In this document: one piece after another, positions 24,828 to 35,622 of the stretch
Position numbering within the stretch: position 1 is the first letter of the stretch
How the letters are laid out: every line of letters begins with the position of its first letter
NCBI GenBank assembly: GCA_038087875.1
Contig: JAXLNO010000354.1
Span: 1-48,366, forward strand
Source: Malacoraja senta
Taxonomy: Eukaryota
DNA: 48,366 nucleotides
Direction: 5' to 3'
Position numbers and translations under genes: made by a program
The notes under the pieces: model-generated
What the model saw: the letters and a program-made list of their open reading frames with translations, nothing else
Databases searched by the model: none
What the model was told of the DNA's origin: nothing

Positions 24828-25492
24828 TTTAGTTTAGTTTCATTTAGTTTAGAGATACAGCGTGGAAACAGGCCCTTCCCTCACCGACCAGCGATTCCCG
24901 CACACCAACACTATCCTACACACACAAGGGACAATTTACATACATTTAGGACGACAGATGGCGTAATGGGCTAAGTGTTCGGCTGGCAACCGGAAGGTAG
25001 CCGGTTCGAATCCCGCTTGGAGTGCATACTGTCGTTGTGTCCTTGGGCAAGACACTTCACCCACCTTTGCCTGCGTGTGAATGTGTGTGAATGTGTGTAA
25101 GTGATTGGTGGTGGTCGGAGGGGCCGTAGGCGCAGATTAGCAGCCACGCTTCCGTCAGTCTGCCCCAGGGCAGCTGTGGCTACAGAAGTAGCTCACCACC
25201 ACCGAGTGTGACTGAGGAGTGAATGAATAATGTGATGTAAAGCGCCTTGAGTATTAGAAAGGCGCTATATAAATCCCATCCATTATTATTATTATTATTA
25301 TATATATACCAACCCAATTAACCAACAAATCTGGACGTCTTTAGGGTGTGGGAGGAAACTAAAGATCTCGGGGAAAACCAACGCAGCTCACAGGGAGAAC
25401 GTGTAAACTCCGTACTGACAGCACCCGTAGTTAGGATCGAACCCAGGTCTCTGGCACTGTAAGGCAGTAACTCTACCGCTGCGCCACCGTGC
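24828..25492 (-). mobile_element. HE1-type SINE interrupted by a CORE-SINE
   Basis: HE1 tail at 24828-24945; HE1 body and head resume at about 25305-25492. Confidence 0.85.
24949..25300 (+). mobile_element. tRNA-derived CORE-type SINE with an L2-derived 3' tail
   Basis: A box TGGCGTAATGG (24959-24969), B box GGTTCGAATCC (25003-25013), CORE-like gtgtccttgggcaagacactt, tail atgtaaagcgccttgag...aaggcgctatataaat(tta)n. Confidence 0.88.
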
Positions 25493-25942
25493 AAAGAATT
25501 CTATTCTCACAATTCCCCGGCAAAATTGCAGAATGAAAAGGGCCTGTCCCACTTAGGGGACCTCCACCGCGATCTTAAGTGACTTTAAAAAAAAATCAAG
25601 GTTGCGGGACCTACGACCTCCTACGACCTTCCATGACTATGTGTACGACCTCCTACGACTATGTTGAGGACCTCCCACGACTATGAAGAAGACCTCCTTC
25701 GACCTCCTTCGACTATGTTGAAGACTGACTTCGACCATGTACGTTTTACTCGAGGATGGTCTCTGGCAAATTGGTTCGTGAATGAGCACGACCTCCTTCC
25801 AACTCAGAGGACCACACCGAAAACCAACAACGACCAGTGACGAGTGTCTACAGCTCAAATTATCACCTCATAAAATGATGTAATGTCTGCATTTTTACTC
25901 ACAAAAGAATGCCTCCCAGGTTTTTTTTAATCATTCTGAACC

Positions 25943-26216
25943 ATGCAAGCAAGGAAGGAACTAGTTTGGAGGATGTTAGTAAAAATACAACTACTGCTGT
26001 TTGCAGTAGCCCTTTTGCTTCAGCAGCCTTTTAAGAAAGGCAGAAGAGGAAGAGCAAGGATGAAGAGGAAGCACAAGAAGAGGTCTCAATGGGTGAATGG
26101 AGATGATGTGATGGACTGTCCCAGTACACCAGATGACTGGAAGAGGGTGGCGCTGGGGTTTGACAAAAGATGGAACTTTAAGCACACATGTGGGGCAGTG
26201 GATGGCAAGCATGCCA
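25943..26216 (+). pseudogene. Harbinger DDE transposase remnant (HARBI1/ALP1-like, DDE_Tnp_4 N-terminal part)
   Basis: PSTPDDWKRVALGFDKRWNFKHTCGAVDGKH matches the Harbinger P.T..W...A..F...WNF..C.GA.DGKH motif carrying the first catalytic Asp; truncated immediately after it. Confidence 0.88.
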
Positions 26217-26634
26217 TTCTTGTCCCTGTCCCTGTACCCCTCATTTTCCTTTTCGTACAGGATGGCATTCTGCTGGAACCATTCCTCAAGGTCCCCCTCC
26301 TGCTGCCTGGTGAAGGTGTAGGGCATAACCTTCCTCCAGCCCTCCCTCACCACCAATGGGGCATCTGCCTCTGATGCTGTGTCAGACACAGGAGAAAGGG
26401 CTGCTTTGCTGCCTTCAAATGAGGCAGTGAAGGATGGGGTGGTGGTGGGGACATATACTACCACCCTGGTCTCCTCCGCCAGGGGTCTCTCATGCAGGGC
26501 TACCTCCTCCTGCACTATCACCTCCTGTGGCATCACCTCCTGCCACTCCACCTCCTGGGTGGGCAACATCTGCATGGCAGTTTTTTATTTAGGGTAGTGC
26601 CCCCCCCCCTGCGCTGCTGCCTTTTTGGTGCCAT
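26217..26634 (-). pseudogene. Harbinger Myb/MADF-like accessory gene remnant
   Basis: FTRQQEGDLEEWFQQNAILYEKENEGYRDRDK resembles the start of a MADF domain; upstream MAPKRQQRRGG start at 26634 is separated by a homopolymer frameshift. Confidence 0.7.
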
Positions 26635-27210
26635 CTCTAAAACACAAGTCTCCTCTCCAAAAAACTCTCCAGCTATGAATGAACATGCCTTGGAGTGATA
26701 GAAGTGACGTTCTGCTGTTTAAATTACCTTTTTTTTCTACTGACCTTTTTTTCACCCCGGAGCTATCTTCGACTATCTTCGACTACCTTCAACCACCTTC
26801 GACTACCTACAACCAGCATCACGACCTACTACGACCGGCTTCGACTAGACCCACGACTAAAAAAATATAGATTTTTCCCACGACGACCTATTTTTAGTAA
26901 CGGTCAACTCTTAACATTTTGAAAAATACGCCGCGACCTAGCTGAAGCCTCGACTACGCAGAGACTACTGTCGACCATGAAGGAGAGTGACAAAGACCTC
27001 CTACGACCTCGTGGTGATCTTGCCCCCATAGTCGCGGGCAAATTCGCCAGAGGTCGTGGTGGAGGTCGCCCAAGTGGGACAGGGGCTAAAGGAATCACCA
27101 CAAGGTATTTGCATTTTCTTTGCAAACAAAACCACAAGAAATATTTGATGGTGTGCAGATCTGGATTCTTTTTAGCACAGACTCTTCCTACACCATCCAC
27201 ACTCATTTGC

Positions 27211-27833
27211 CAATTCAATTCAATTCAATTCAATTCAACTTTATTGTCATTGCACAGATACAAAGTATGGGTACAACGAAATGCAGTTTAGCGTCTGCTC
27301 GTAGTAATAGTGCAATATAGAAATAAAAATACAGAATAAGAATAATATACAGAATAAAAATACAGAATAAGCAAACAATGTGGACGGAGAGACTGGAGAA
27401 ATCTATCGGTGGGACTCCGAGTTCAGCAATGTGATAGTGTTGTTGAAGAAGCTGTTCCTCATCCTACTTGTACGAGACCTGAGGCTTCTGTACCGCCTCC
27501 CTGATGGGAGGAGGGCAAACAGTCCATGGTTGGGGTGGGAGGGGTCCTTGATGATCTTCCCGGCCCGTCTCGGACACAGTTTTCGGTGGAGGGCATCCAT
27601 TGCAGGGAGCGGGGCACCGATGATGTACTGAGCGGTTTTCACCACCCGTTGTAGTGCCTTCCTGTCAGCTACCGTGCAACTGCTGTACCACGCCGTGATG
27701 CAGGTGGTCAGGATGCTTTCGATGGTACAGCGGTGAAAGTTGGTCAGGATCTGGGGGGACAGGTGAGCTTTCTTGAGCCTCCTCAGGAAGTAAGGGCGCT
27801 GCTGCGCCTTTTTGATCAGTTTGGAGGTATTGA
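27211..27833 (-). mobile_element. Rex1/Babar LINE 3' end
   Basis: ORF 27403..27891 KKAQQRPYFLRRLKK...TIESILT...DPSHPNHGLFALLPSGRRYRS; (caatt)n tail. Confidence 0.92.
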
Positions 27834-28152
27834 GGCTATTTAGCCTAAAATGTGGAACATATGCCATTTTCATCAAAGAAAGGCAAAACATTTCTATAAA
27901 GCTCTCAATAGGTATTCATCCCTTTTTAAAGAAATCATATTTCTTATAAAAGTTTATGAACTATCGTCCTCAGTTTATTCACTCTCTTCCCTATCTGGGA
28001 CATATGACAATAAAACACTCTTGACTCTTATGCCTCCCTCCTGTTTGTACATAGTACCCAATGGTGTGCCGTTCTGCTGCATAATTGACAATTCTGTAGT
28101 CATCATGGATAGATTCAACTGGACTTGAGCAAGTCCACCTTTCTTCCCTTTC

Positions 28153-28552
28153 ATAGACACAAAATGCTGGAGTAAATCAGTGGGACAGACAGCATCTCTG
28201 GATAGAAGGGATGTGTGATGTTTCAGGTCAAGACCCCTTCTGCGGACTGAGAGTCAGGGGAGAGGAAGACACAGAGATATGGAAAAGTAAGGTGTGAAAA
28301 CGAGATATCGAAGGGGACAAAGCTCAAAGAAAACGTAGAATAAATCATTGTTTGATAGGGGAAGCTGACATCGAAGCATACACAGATAAAGTTTAATCAG
28401 GAGGACAGTCGGAGAAGTCTCAGTCTGAAGATTAGTCTTGACCCGAAACGTCACCCATTCCTTCTATCCAGAGATGCTCTGTTCCGCTGAGTTACTCCAT
28501 GATTTTGTGTCTAACTCCGGTGTAAACCAGTATCTGCAGTTCCTTCCTACAC
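28153..28552. mobile_element. Palindromic Penelope-derived insertion (core on + at 28425-28452)
   Basis: Inverted arms around a PLE 3' UTR segment similar to 17345-17440. Confidence 0.8.
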
Positions 28553-29079
28553 CTGTCTTCTATTTGTCCTTGCAAATTAGGATCCATTGCCAATCGTATC
28601 CTTACCAAAGTCCTCAAATATTCTGCTCTTCCTATTCATTCTGGCTCTCTGTTTAAACGTCACCAATCAAGTCTTCATCCCCTTGCGATGTCACTGGAAC
28701 ACCCCTAATCAAAGCGACAAATGACCTTAAATGTCACTGTGTCCATGGTGCTGGATTTTTCCTCAGCCCACGTGGTCTATTTGTGTGGACACAAGGAAGA
28801 GGAGATGGTGGTTTATCAAAAAAGACACAAAGTGCTGGTGTACCTCAGCAGGTCAGACGGCAGCATCTCTGGAGAGCACGGATGGGTGCCATTTCGGATC
28901 GGGACCAAACTTCGCCAATCCATGTTCTCCCGAGACCTGCTGAGTTGCTCCTGCATATTGTGTCTAGCCTGTCTGTGTGATTGACAAGACGCTTTGCTAA
29001 AGCAGCTCTTCGATTTTCCTCCTTGGTTCACAACCCATATTTGGTCCCATTCCAGCCTAAGTAGAGAATTCCCAGCAAT

Positions 29080-30108
29080 CATAAGGTCATGAGGAATAGG
29101 AGCAGAATTAGACCATCCGGCCCATCAAGTCTACTCCGCCATTCAATCTATCTCTCCCTCCTAACCCCATTCGCCAGCCTTCTCCCCATAACCTCTGACA
29201 CCCGTACTAATCAAGAATCTATCTATCTCTGCCTTAAAAATATCCACTGACTTGGCCTCCACAGCCCTCTGTGGCAATAAATTCCACATATTCACCATCC
29301 TCTGACAAAAAGAAATGTCTCCTCATCTCCTTCCTAAAAGAACATCCTTTAATTCTGAATGACTTCTCTTCTTGCCTCTGTGCTCCAATTGTATTAATCT
29401 TCCCCCTTCCCAACCCTTCCTTTGCCTCTCTCCCATCAGAAGGGTTGTCTGCTTTCTCACTCCGCATGGATATCTTTCTTCAAATATTTGGACTTCAAAC
29501 TCCGCCATGAGTTTCAATCCATTCAACCATTTCCCTCCCTGCTCACTGTCAATAGACAATAGATAATAGGTGCAGGAACAGGCCATTCGGCCCTTCGATT
29601 CAGCACCGCCATTCACTGTGATCATGGCTGATCATCCACATTCAGTACTCCGTTCCTGCCTTCTCACCATATCCCCTGATTCCGCTATCTTTAAGAGCTT
29701 TATCTAACTCTCTCTTGAAAGCATCCACAGAATTGTCCTCCACTGCCTTCTGAGGCAGAGAATTCCACAGATTCACAACTCTCTGGGTGGAAAAGTTTTT
29801 CCTCATCTACGTTCTAAATGGCCTACCCTTTATTCTTAAACTGTGGCCTCTGGTTCTGGACTCCCCCAACATCGGGAACATGTTTTCTGCCTTCAGTGTG
29901 TCCAATCCATTAATGAATGAATAAGTTTATTGGCCAAGTATTCACATACAAGGAATTTGCCTTGGTGCTCCGCCCGCAAGTGACAACATGACATACAGTG
30001 ACAGTTAAGAATGATACATAAAACATTAAACATTAATAATAAAACATTATTGATCTTATATGTTTCAATAAGATCTCCTCTCATCCTTCTAAATTCCAGA
30101 GTATACAA
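29080..30108 (-). mobile_element. Two CR1 3' ends (about 29080-29360 and 29549-30108), the second interrupted by a Rex1 tail (about 29913-30050)
   Basis: CR1 tails and LEFRRMRGDLIETYKI; the insert matches the reverse complement of 12990-13130. Confidence 0.85.
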
Positions 30109-30957
30109 GTCTGGGGGGTGACCATGATTATTTACAACCTGACCTTCTTATTGAAACTTAGCTTGAGTTGCTGAACCTATTTTGCTCCCATCACAAAAAA
30201 ACAGCTATTTCTGCTCCTAACGTGACCAATTTCTGCTCCTGTTACTTATGACCTTATGATCTTATGAAGTCAAACGTGTTTATTACCGTATGTACAGTAC
30301 AAACGGAACAATGAAATTCTTACTTTCAGCAGCATAACAGGGTTGTAAACATAATACTCAATAGATTACATAATAAACCACAGAACTTCAATAAATACAA
30401 ACAAAACCTACATAATACAAAAAAACAAAAACACAAAGTCCCTCATCTCGGGCCGTTCCTCAATCAATTCCAACTTGCTTTGGAAATGTCAGCATGTATC
30501 CTCTGCATTTCAGGCAGTGGATTTGCTGTCTTAAGGCATTTTAAGCCATAATGACATTTTTTTCCTTATCATTTTACTCTGCCCATTTCCTTAAACCTGG
30601 GCCTTATTTCCAGCCCGCTGCCCTTTAGTGGAAGTTTCCAGCTGTCTACTTACAAAATGCTTGATAAATTTGATCACTTCCACTGTTTACCTGGTTGAAG
30701 GATTGCTCTCTCAGCTTCACTGATTTCTCATCATCGTGAAATAACCTGCTATTGCCCTTGTGAATCTACAAATTCTCCAAAGTCACGCCCATCTGCTCTC
30801 CTGCCACTCTGTGTCTGCATCCGCCACTCCAAAATGCACCATTTCATATTATTTTAAATTCAGTCTGCCATATGTCTCTGACCCTTTCCCCCCAGTCTAT
30901 CTTTGAATTTACCACTTTTTAACAGCATTTCCAAGTTTTGGGTCATAGACGTAAGAA

Positions 30958-31290
30958 AGGGTCGGCATTGTGGCTCGGCGGTAGAGTCACTGCCTTACAG
31001 CACCAGAGACCCGGGTTCCATCTTGGCTACGGTGCTGTCTGCACGGAGTTTGTACGTTCTCCACGTGACCTGCGTGGGTTTTCTCCGGGATTTCCGGTTT
31101 CCTCCCACGTTCCAAAGACGTTCAGGTTTGTAAGTTAATTGGCTTGGTATAATAGTAAATTATACAATTACTAGTTTGTGTAGGATAGTGTTGATGTTCG
31201 GGGATCGCTGGTTGGTACGGACTCGGTAGGCCGAAGGATGTGTTTCCGCGCTGTATCTCTAAACCAAATGAAACTAAATTAAACTAAATA
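30958..31290 (+). mobile_element. HE1-type V-SINE
   Basis: Full head, body and tail. Confidence 0.88.
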
Positions 31291-31475
31291 GAACTTTGGC
31301 TCCATTTGTCCCATACCAACTAAGTTGCTTAACTGAGCTAGCCCCACTTGTCTGTGCCTTGCCCATATCCCACCAACCATTTCCTATCTACGCACCCTCT
31401 TAGTGTCTTTTAAATGTTGTAATTGTACCAACCTCTACCACTTCCTCTGGCATCCTCTACCACTTCCTCTGGCAT

Positions 31476-31838
31476 AAGGGTTTGGACACGCTAGAGGCAG
31501 GAAACATGTTCCCGATGTTGGGGGAGTCCAGAACCAGGGGCCACAGTTTAAGAATAAGGAGTAAGCCATTTAGAACGGAGACGAGGAAACACTTTTTCTC
31601 ACAGAGAGTGGTGAGTCTGGAATTGTCTGCCTCAGAGGGCAGTGGAGGCCGGTTCTCTGGATGCTTTCAAGAGAGAGCTAGATAGGGCTCTTAAAGATAG
31701 TGGAGTCAGGGGATATGGGGAGAAGGCAGGAACGGGGTACTGATTGGGGATGATCAGCCATGATCACATTGAATGGTGGTGCTGGTTTGAAGGGCCGAAT
31801 GGCCTACTCCTGCACCTATTGTCTATTGTCTATTGTCT
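31476..31838 (+). mobile_element. CR1 3' end inserted in an older minus-strand CR1 tail
   Basis: DTLEAGNMFPMLGESRTRGHSLRI; (tattgtc)n tail. Confidence 0.88.
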
Positions 31839-32339
31839 ATCTTGTTTCAGGAGGACATCACCTTCGGTGTAAACACCTTGGATCTATGCCTTCTAATTTT
31901 AGACTCCCATATCCTGGGGAAAAGCTTGAGCTATTCACCTTATATATAGAGTTATAGAGAGTCATAGAGTCATACATCATAGAAACAGACCCTTGGGCCT
32001 AACTTGCCACACCAACCAATATGCCCCATCCACACTAGTCCCACCTGCCTGCGCTTGGCCCATATCCTTCTATGCCTATCCTATCCATGTACCTATCTAA
32101 ATGCTTCTTACACCTATACACCTCATGATTTTATAAGGTCATCTTATAGCCTCCTATGCTCAATTTAAAAAGAACCAGCCTGTCCAACATAACTCAAACC
32201 CTCCAGACCCGGTAACAAAGTGGTAAATCTTTTTAGCAGACTTTCAGAGTAATGACAACCTTCCTATAGTAGGGTAACCTGAACTGTATACAGTACTCTA
32301 AATGTGGCCTTACTAACGTCTTGTAACATGACGTATAAC

Positions 32340-32601
32340 AGAGAGATCAAGAAAGGGGAGAGGGGTGTCAGAGATAGTCCAGGTGAATTTGAGGGCAGGG
32401 CAGGGCAGAAGTTCATGATAAAGTTAATGAAATCAGTGTGTTCTTCATGGGTGCAGGAGGCAGCCTTGAGGCAATTGTCAATGTAGCGGAGAAAGAGTTG
32501 GGGATGGTGCCAGTGTGCATGTGGAACAAGGACTGTTTGACGTAACCAACAAAAATGGCAGACATAACCAGGGCCCATGCAAGTGCCCATGGCTACACCT
32601 T
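32340..32601 (-). pseudogene. Penelope-like reverse transcriptase fragment
   Basis: GVAMGTCMGPGY...PQLFLRYIDNC..AASCTHEE..DFINF.MNF.PAL corresponds to PLE RT motifs (G.AMG..MGP.YA; RYIDD). Confidence 0.85.
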
Positions 32602-32990
32602 CAGTTTATTAACCATAACCTTAACCATTCAATGTTACACCATAAGCAATAAACCACAGATGGGGGAAATCTGAAACACAATCAGAAAATCTGGAGTACT
32701 CAGCAGTCAGACAGCCTCTGTGGAGAGAGAAACAGAGTTAATGATTCAAGGACCTTTTTGTCAACTCCACAAATGCTACCAGCCAATCATTTTGGATTTT
32801 TTGTCTCTTAGCCAGTTATATATGCGCAATCCCACTGTCCCATTAATCCTTTTCTCATAAACATTGTCAATAAGTAGGCAGGCATCCACTGACGCCACCT
32901 CTTCAATCTGCCTGTTCTACCATCTCCCACTCTTGTTAAAGTTGAGCTTATCAAAAATCTGCTGGTTTTATTCTGAACTACATTGTGGTA

Positions 32991-33333
32991 TGGGTCCACC
33001 ACCCATTTTCCGGCAACTGGTGGCCTGGCACCCCCTTTAATCGGGACAAATTTACGAGAGCGCACTTGAAATCCCCAACGGAAATGTGATGCCTAGACCG
33101 GGTATGGCGGCGATCGGCAGGTCGAATTCCGGCCAGAGTCGGCAGATCCGTTCCAATTGCAGACTTCCGAGGCCGACTTTGTGGGCTGATATATCGGCCC
33201 CTCGGTGGCCAAGGCGGACTGTTCCAGAACTGTTGGACTCCTCTCAGAGGCCGTGACCTCTGTTGCTCCGGCAAAACGGATAATCCAGAAAGGCTCTGGA
33301 ACCAGGGATGCCGGAAAATTGGTGGTGGATCCC
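32991..33333. mobile_element. Tc1-mariner/pogo(Tigger)-like MITE, 343 bp, TA flanks
   Basis: Left TA|TGGGTCCACCACCCATTTTCCGGCA; right TGCCGGAAAATTGGTGGTGGATCCC|TA. Confidence 0.75.
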
Positions 33334-33699
33334 TATGCCTGATTCATTAATTATTCTATGCTCACGTGCATTTTCTTGGACTCATCCTTCTGCTCAAATC
33401 TCACCAAATATCTGGACTTCCCTTTCGACAGACTTTGGCTCAGTGTCAACTTTTCTCTGTCTGCATTTAACGTTGGGATCTTCCTCATATTAAGTAGGCC
33501 ATGTAACTGTGGAAGGATAAACTTTGGAATAAAAAAACTGAAAGAAGAGGTCGACATGACTTTAAAAGCCAAAACGTTCATTGGTCGCGTGAATGAGAAT
33601 GAGTGACAGAGAGGGAAAGACAGAAATAAGCTCTGAACCACATCGACTAAAGGGCATTGGTTTTCTTTTTCCACTATTATGGTTTGTTTGTTTTTATGT

Positions 33700-33700
33700 G

Positions 33701-33758
<58 letters not shown>
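33700..33758. repeat. Compound (TA)n(GA)n microsatellite
   Basis: Direct reading. Confidence 0.95.
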
Positions 33759-34467
33759 AAAATTAAACTGAGGATCATATTGTATATTTAAAAAATATAC
33801 ATGTGATTCATTATGGGAAAAGAACAATTCACAGTGAGAAAAGCTTTCCACTGTACCTCAGTACACGTGACAGTACACTAAACTAAACTAAAATTAAGAA
33901 CATAATCTGGACAGATGGCCTGTATTCTATTTAATATCATATTGACGTGCGGCTTCATTTGGCGTGAGAATATTCGGTGTACTTGAGTCTCATCCTCTGC
34001 AAAGGACAAATATTATTAGAATGGTTTAATCCTCCGTCCCCTGAAAATATTACAAGCTGACAAAACATGCAAAGTTACAACGTGAAAGGCACCAATGGAA
34101 CTGTGATAATCAGCTAAAATTAATTTCCTAACACAGGAAAAACAAAGAAAAGTGGTGCCAGCTCCTGACATTGGGAGTCAGCTGAATTAATGCTGGGAAA
34201 TCTCCCAAGAGGCAGGCAGCTCTGAATGACGAAATTATTTCCGAAGTTACAGGTCATCACATTATGCCTTTGGGATATATCACTCTCCTTTTAATATCCT
34301 TCTGAGAATAATTTTCCACTTGGTTTAGCCCCATCACAATTACGGAGCTGAAAGTTACCTCTGAAACAACTCGATGAGCATACAAGAAAAAACAAGCACT
34401 TTTGCTGCAAAACACAAAGTGCTGGAGGAACTCAGCGGGTCAGGCAGCATCCGTGGAGGGAATGGAT

Positions 34468-34735
34468 AGTTTAGTTTAGTTTGGAGATACAGCACGGAAA
34501 CAGAGCCTTCAGCCCACCGAGTCCGTGCCGACCAGCGATCCTTGCACATTAACACTATTTACAATTTTACCAAACCAATTAGCCTACAACCCTGTACGTC
34601 TTTGGAGCACCCGGGGAAAACACACCCAGGACATGGAGAGAACATACATATTCTGTACAGACAGCGCCCATAGTCAGGGTGGTACCCGGAACTCTTGCGC
34701 TGTAAGGCAGCAACTCTACCACTGCTCCACCAAGA
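34468..34735 (-). mobile_element. HE1-type V-SINE (abuts a PLE-derived fragment at 34410-34467)
   Basis: (tttag)n tail and head caactctaccactgctccacc. Confidence 0.85.
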
Positions 34736-34819
34736 GGCAATGCTTCGAGTCAAAACCTGTCTTCACATTTGGATAGGGAGGGCACAGGTTAGGGGAGTAT
34801 TGCTTAAAATTGGACTGTG

Positions 34820-35170
34820 GAAGGATGTTTCATCTGTGGAGAGGATGTGTCCACCAGTGGGAGAGTCTAGGACCAGAGGTCACAGCCTCAGAATTAAAGG
34901 ATGTTCCTTTAGGAAGGAGATGAGGAGGATTTTCTTTAGTCAGAGGGTGGTGACTCTGTGGAAACCATTGCCACAGAAGGCTTTGGAGGCCGAGTCAGTG
35001 GATATTTCTAAGGCAGAGATAGATAGATTCTTGATTGGTACGGGTGTCAGAGATTATGGAGAGAAGGCAAGGGAATGGGGTGAGGAGGGAGAGATAGATC
35101 AGCCATGATTGAATGGTGGAGTAGATTTGATGGGCCAAATGGCCTAATTCTGTTCCTATCCCTTATGAAC
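34820..35170 (+). mobile_element. CR1 3' end
   Basis: VERMCPPVGESRTRGHSLRIKG... plus tail. Confidence 0.85.
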
Positions 35171-35622
35171 TTGTGAACTTTTGGTTTACTTATTCCTTTC
35201 CCCTCTCCCATCCTGTAAGTTTATGTTTTATTATTATCATGTGTACAGAGGTGCAGGGAAAAGCTTTGTTTTGCATGCTATCTAAACAAATTAGGTAATA
35301 CTGTACATAAATACAATTAAGCCAACCTCAAGTACAATAGGTAGAGCAAAGGGGAAGATATAGAATTTAGAATATAGTTCTCAGCATCGTAGCGCTTCAG
35401 TTCCATTGACAAAGACAATTTCCACAGTGGGATAGATGTGAATCAGGCAGTACCCTGACTTGTGGAAGAATCATTCAGAAGCCTGATAGCAGAGGGGAAG
35501 AAGCTGCTCCTGAGTCTGGTGGTGCTCGCTTTCAATCTTCTGTAGCTTCTGCTGAGAGGAGCGAGGAGAGGAAGGAATGAGTGGAGTAGGGCAAGTCTAT
35601 CATTATGTTGAAGATAGATACA

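Larger units (their letters stand above)
25539..27087. mobile_element. Internally deleted PIF/Harbinger transposon with remnants of both genes
   Basis: TIRs AGGGCCTGTCCCACTTAGGGGACCTCCAC / (reverse complement) AGCCCCTGTCCCACTTGGGCGACCTCCAC; 3-bp flanks AAA/AAA; convergent transposase and MADF-like remnants. Confidence 0.9.

Noticed and set aside
24949..25020. tRNA-like sequence with A and B boxes (also the HE1 heads)
   Set aside because: SINE head; no convincing acceptor stem, and it continues into a SINE body
25600..25740. Short repeated motifs suggesting a CRISPR-like array
   Set aside because: Eukaryotic context, degenerate 10-11 bp units without unique spacers; they are transposon subterminal repeats
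25943..26374. Domesticated HARBI1 gene
   Set aside because: Truncated after the first catalytic Asp, internally deleted and enclosed in TIRs
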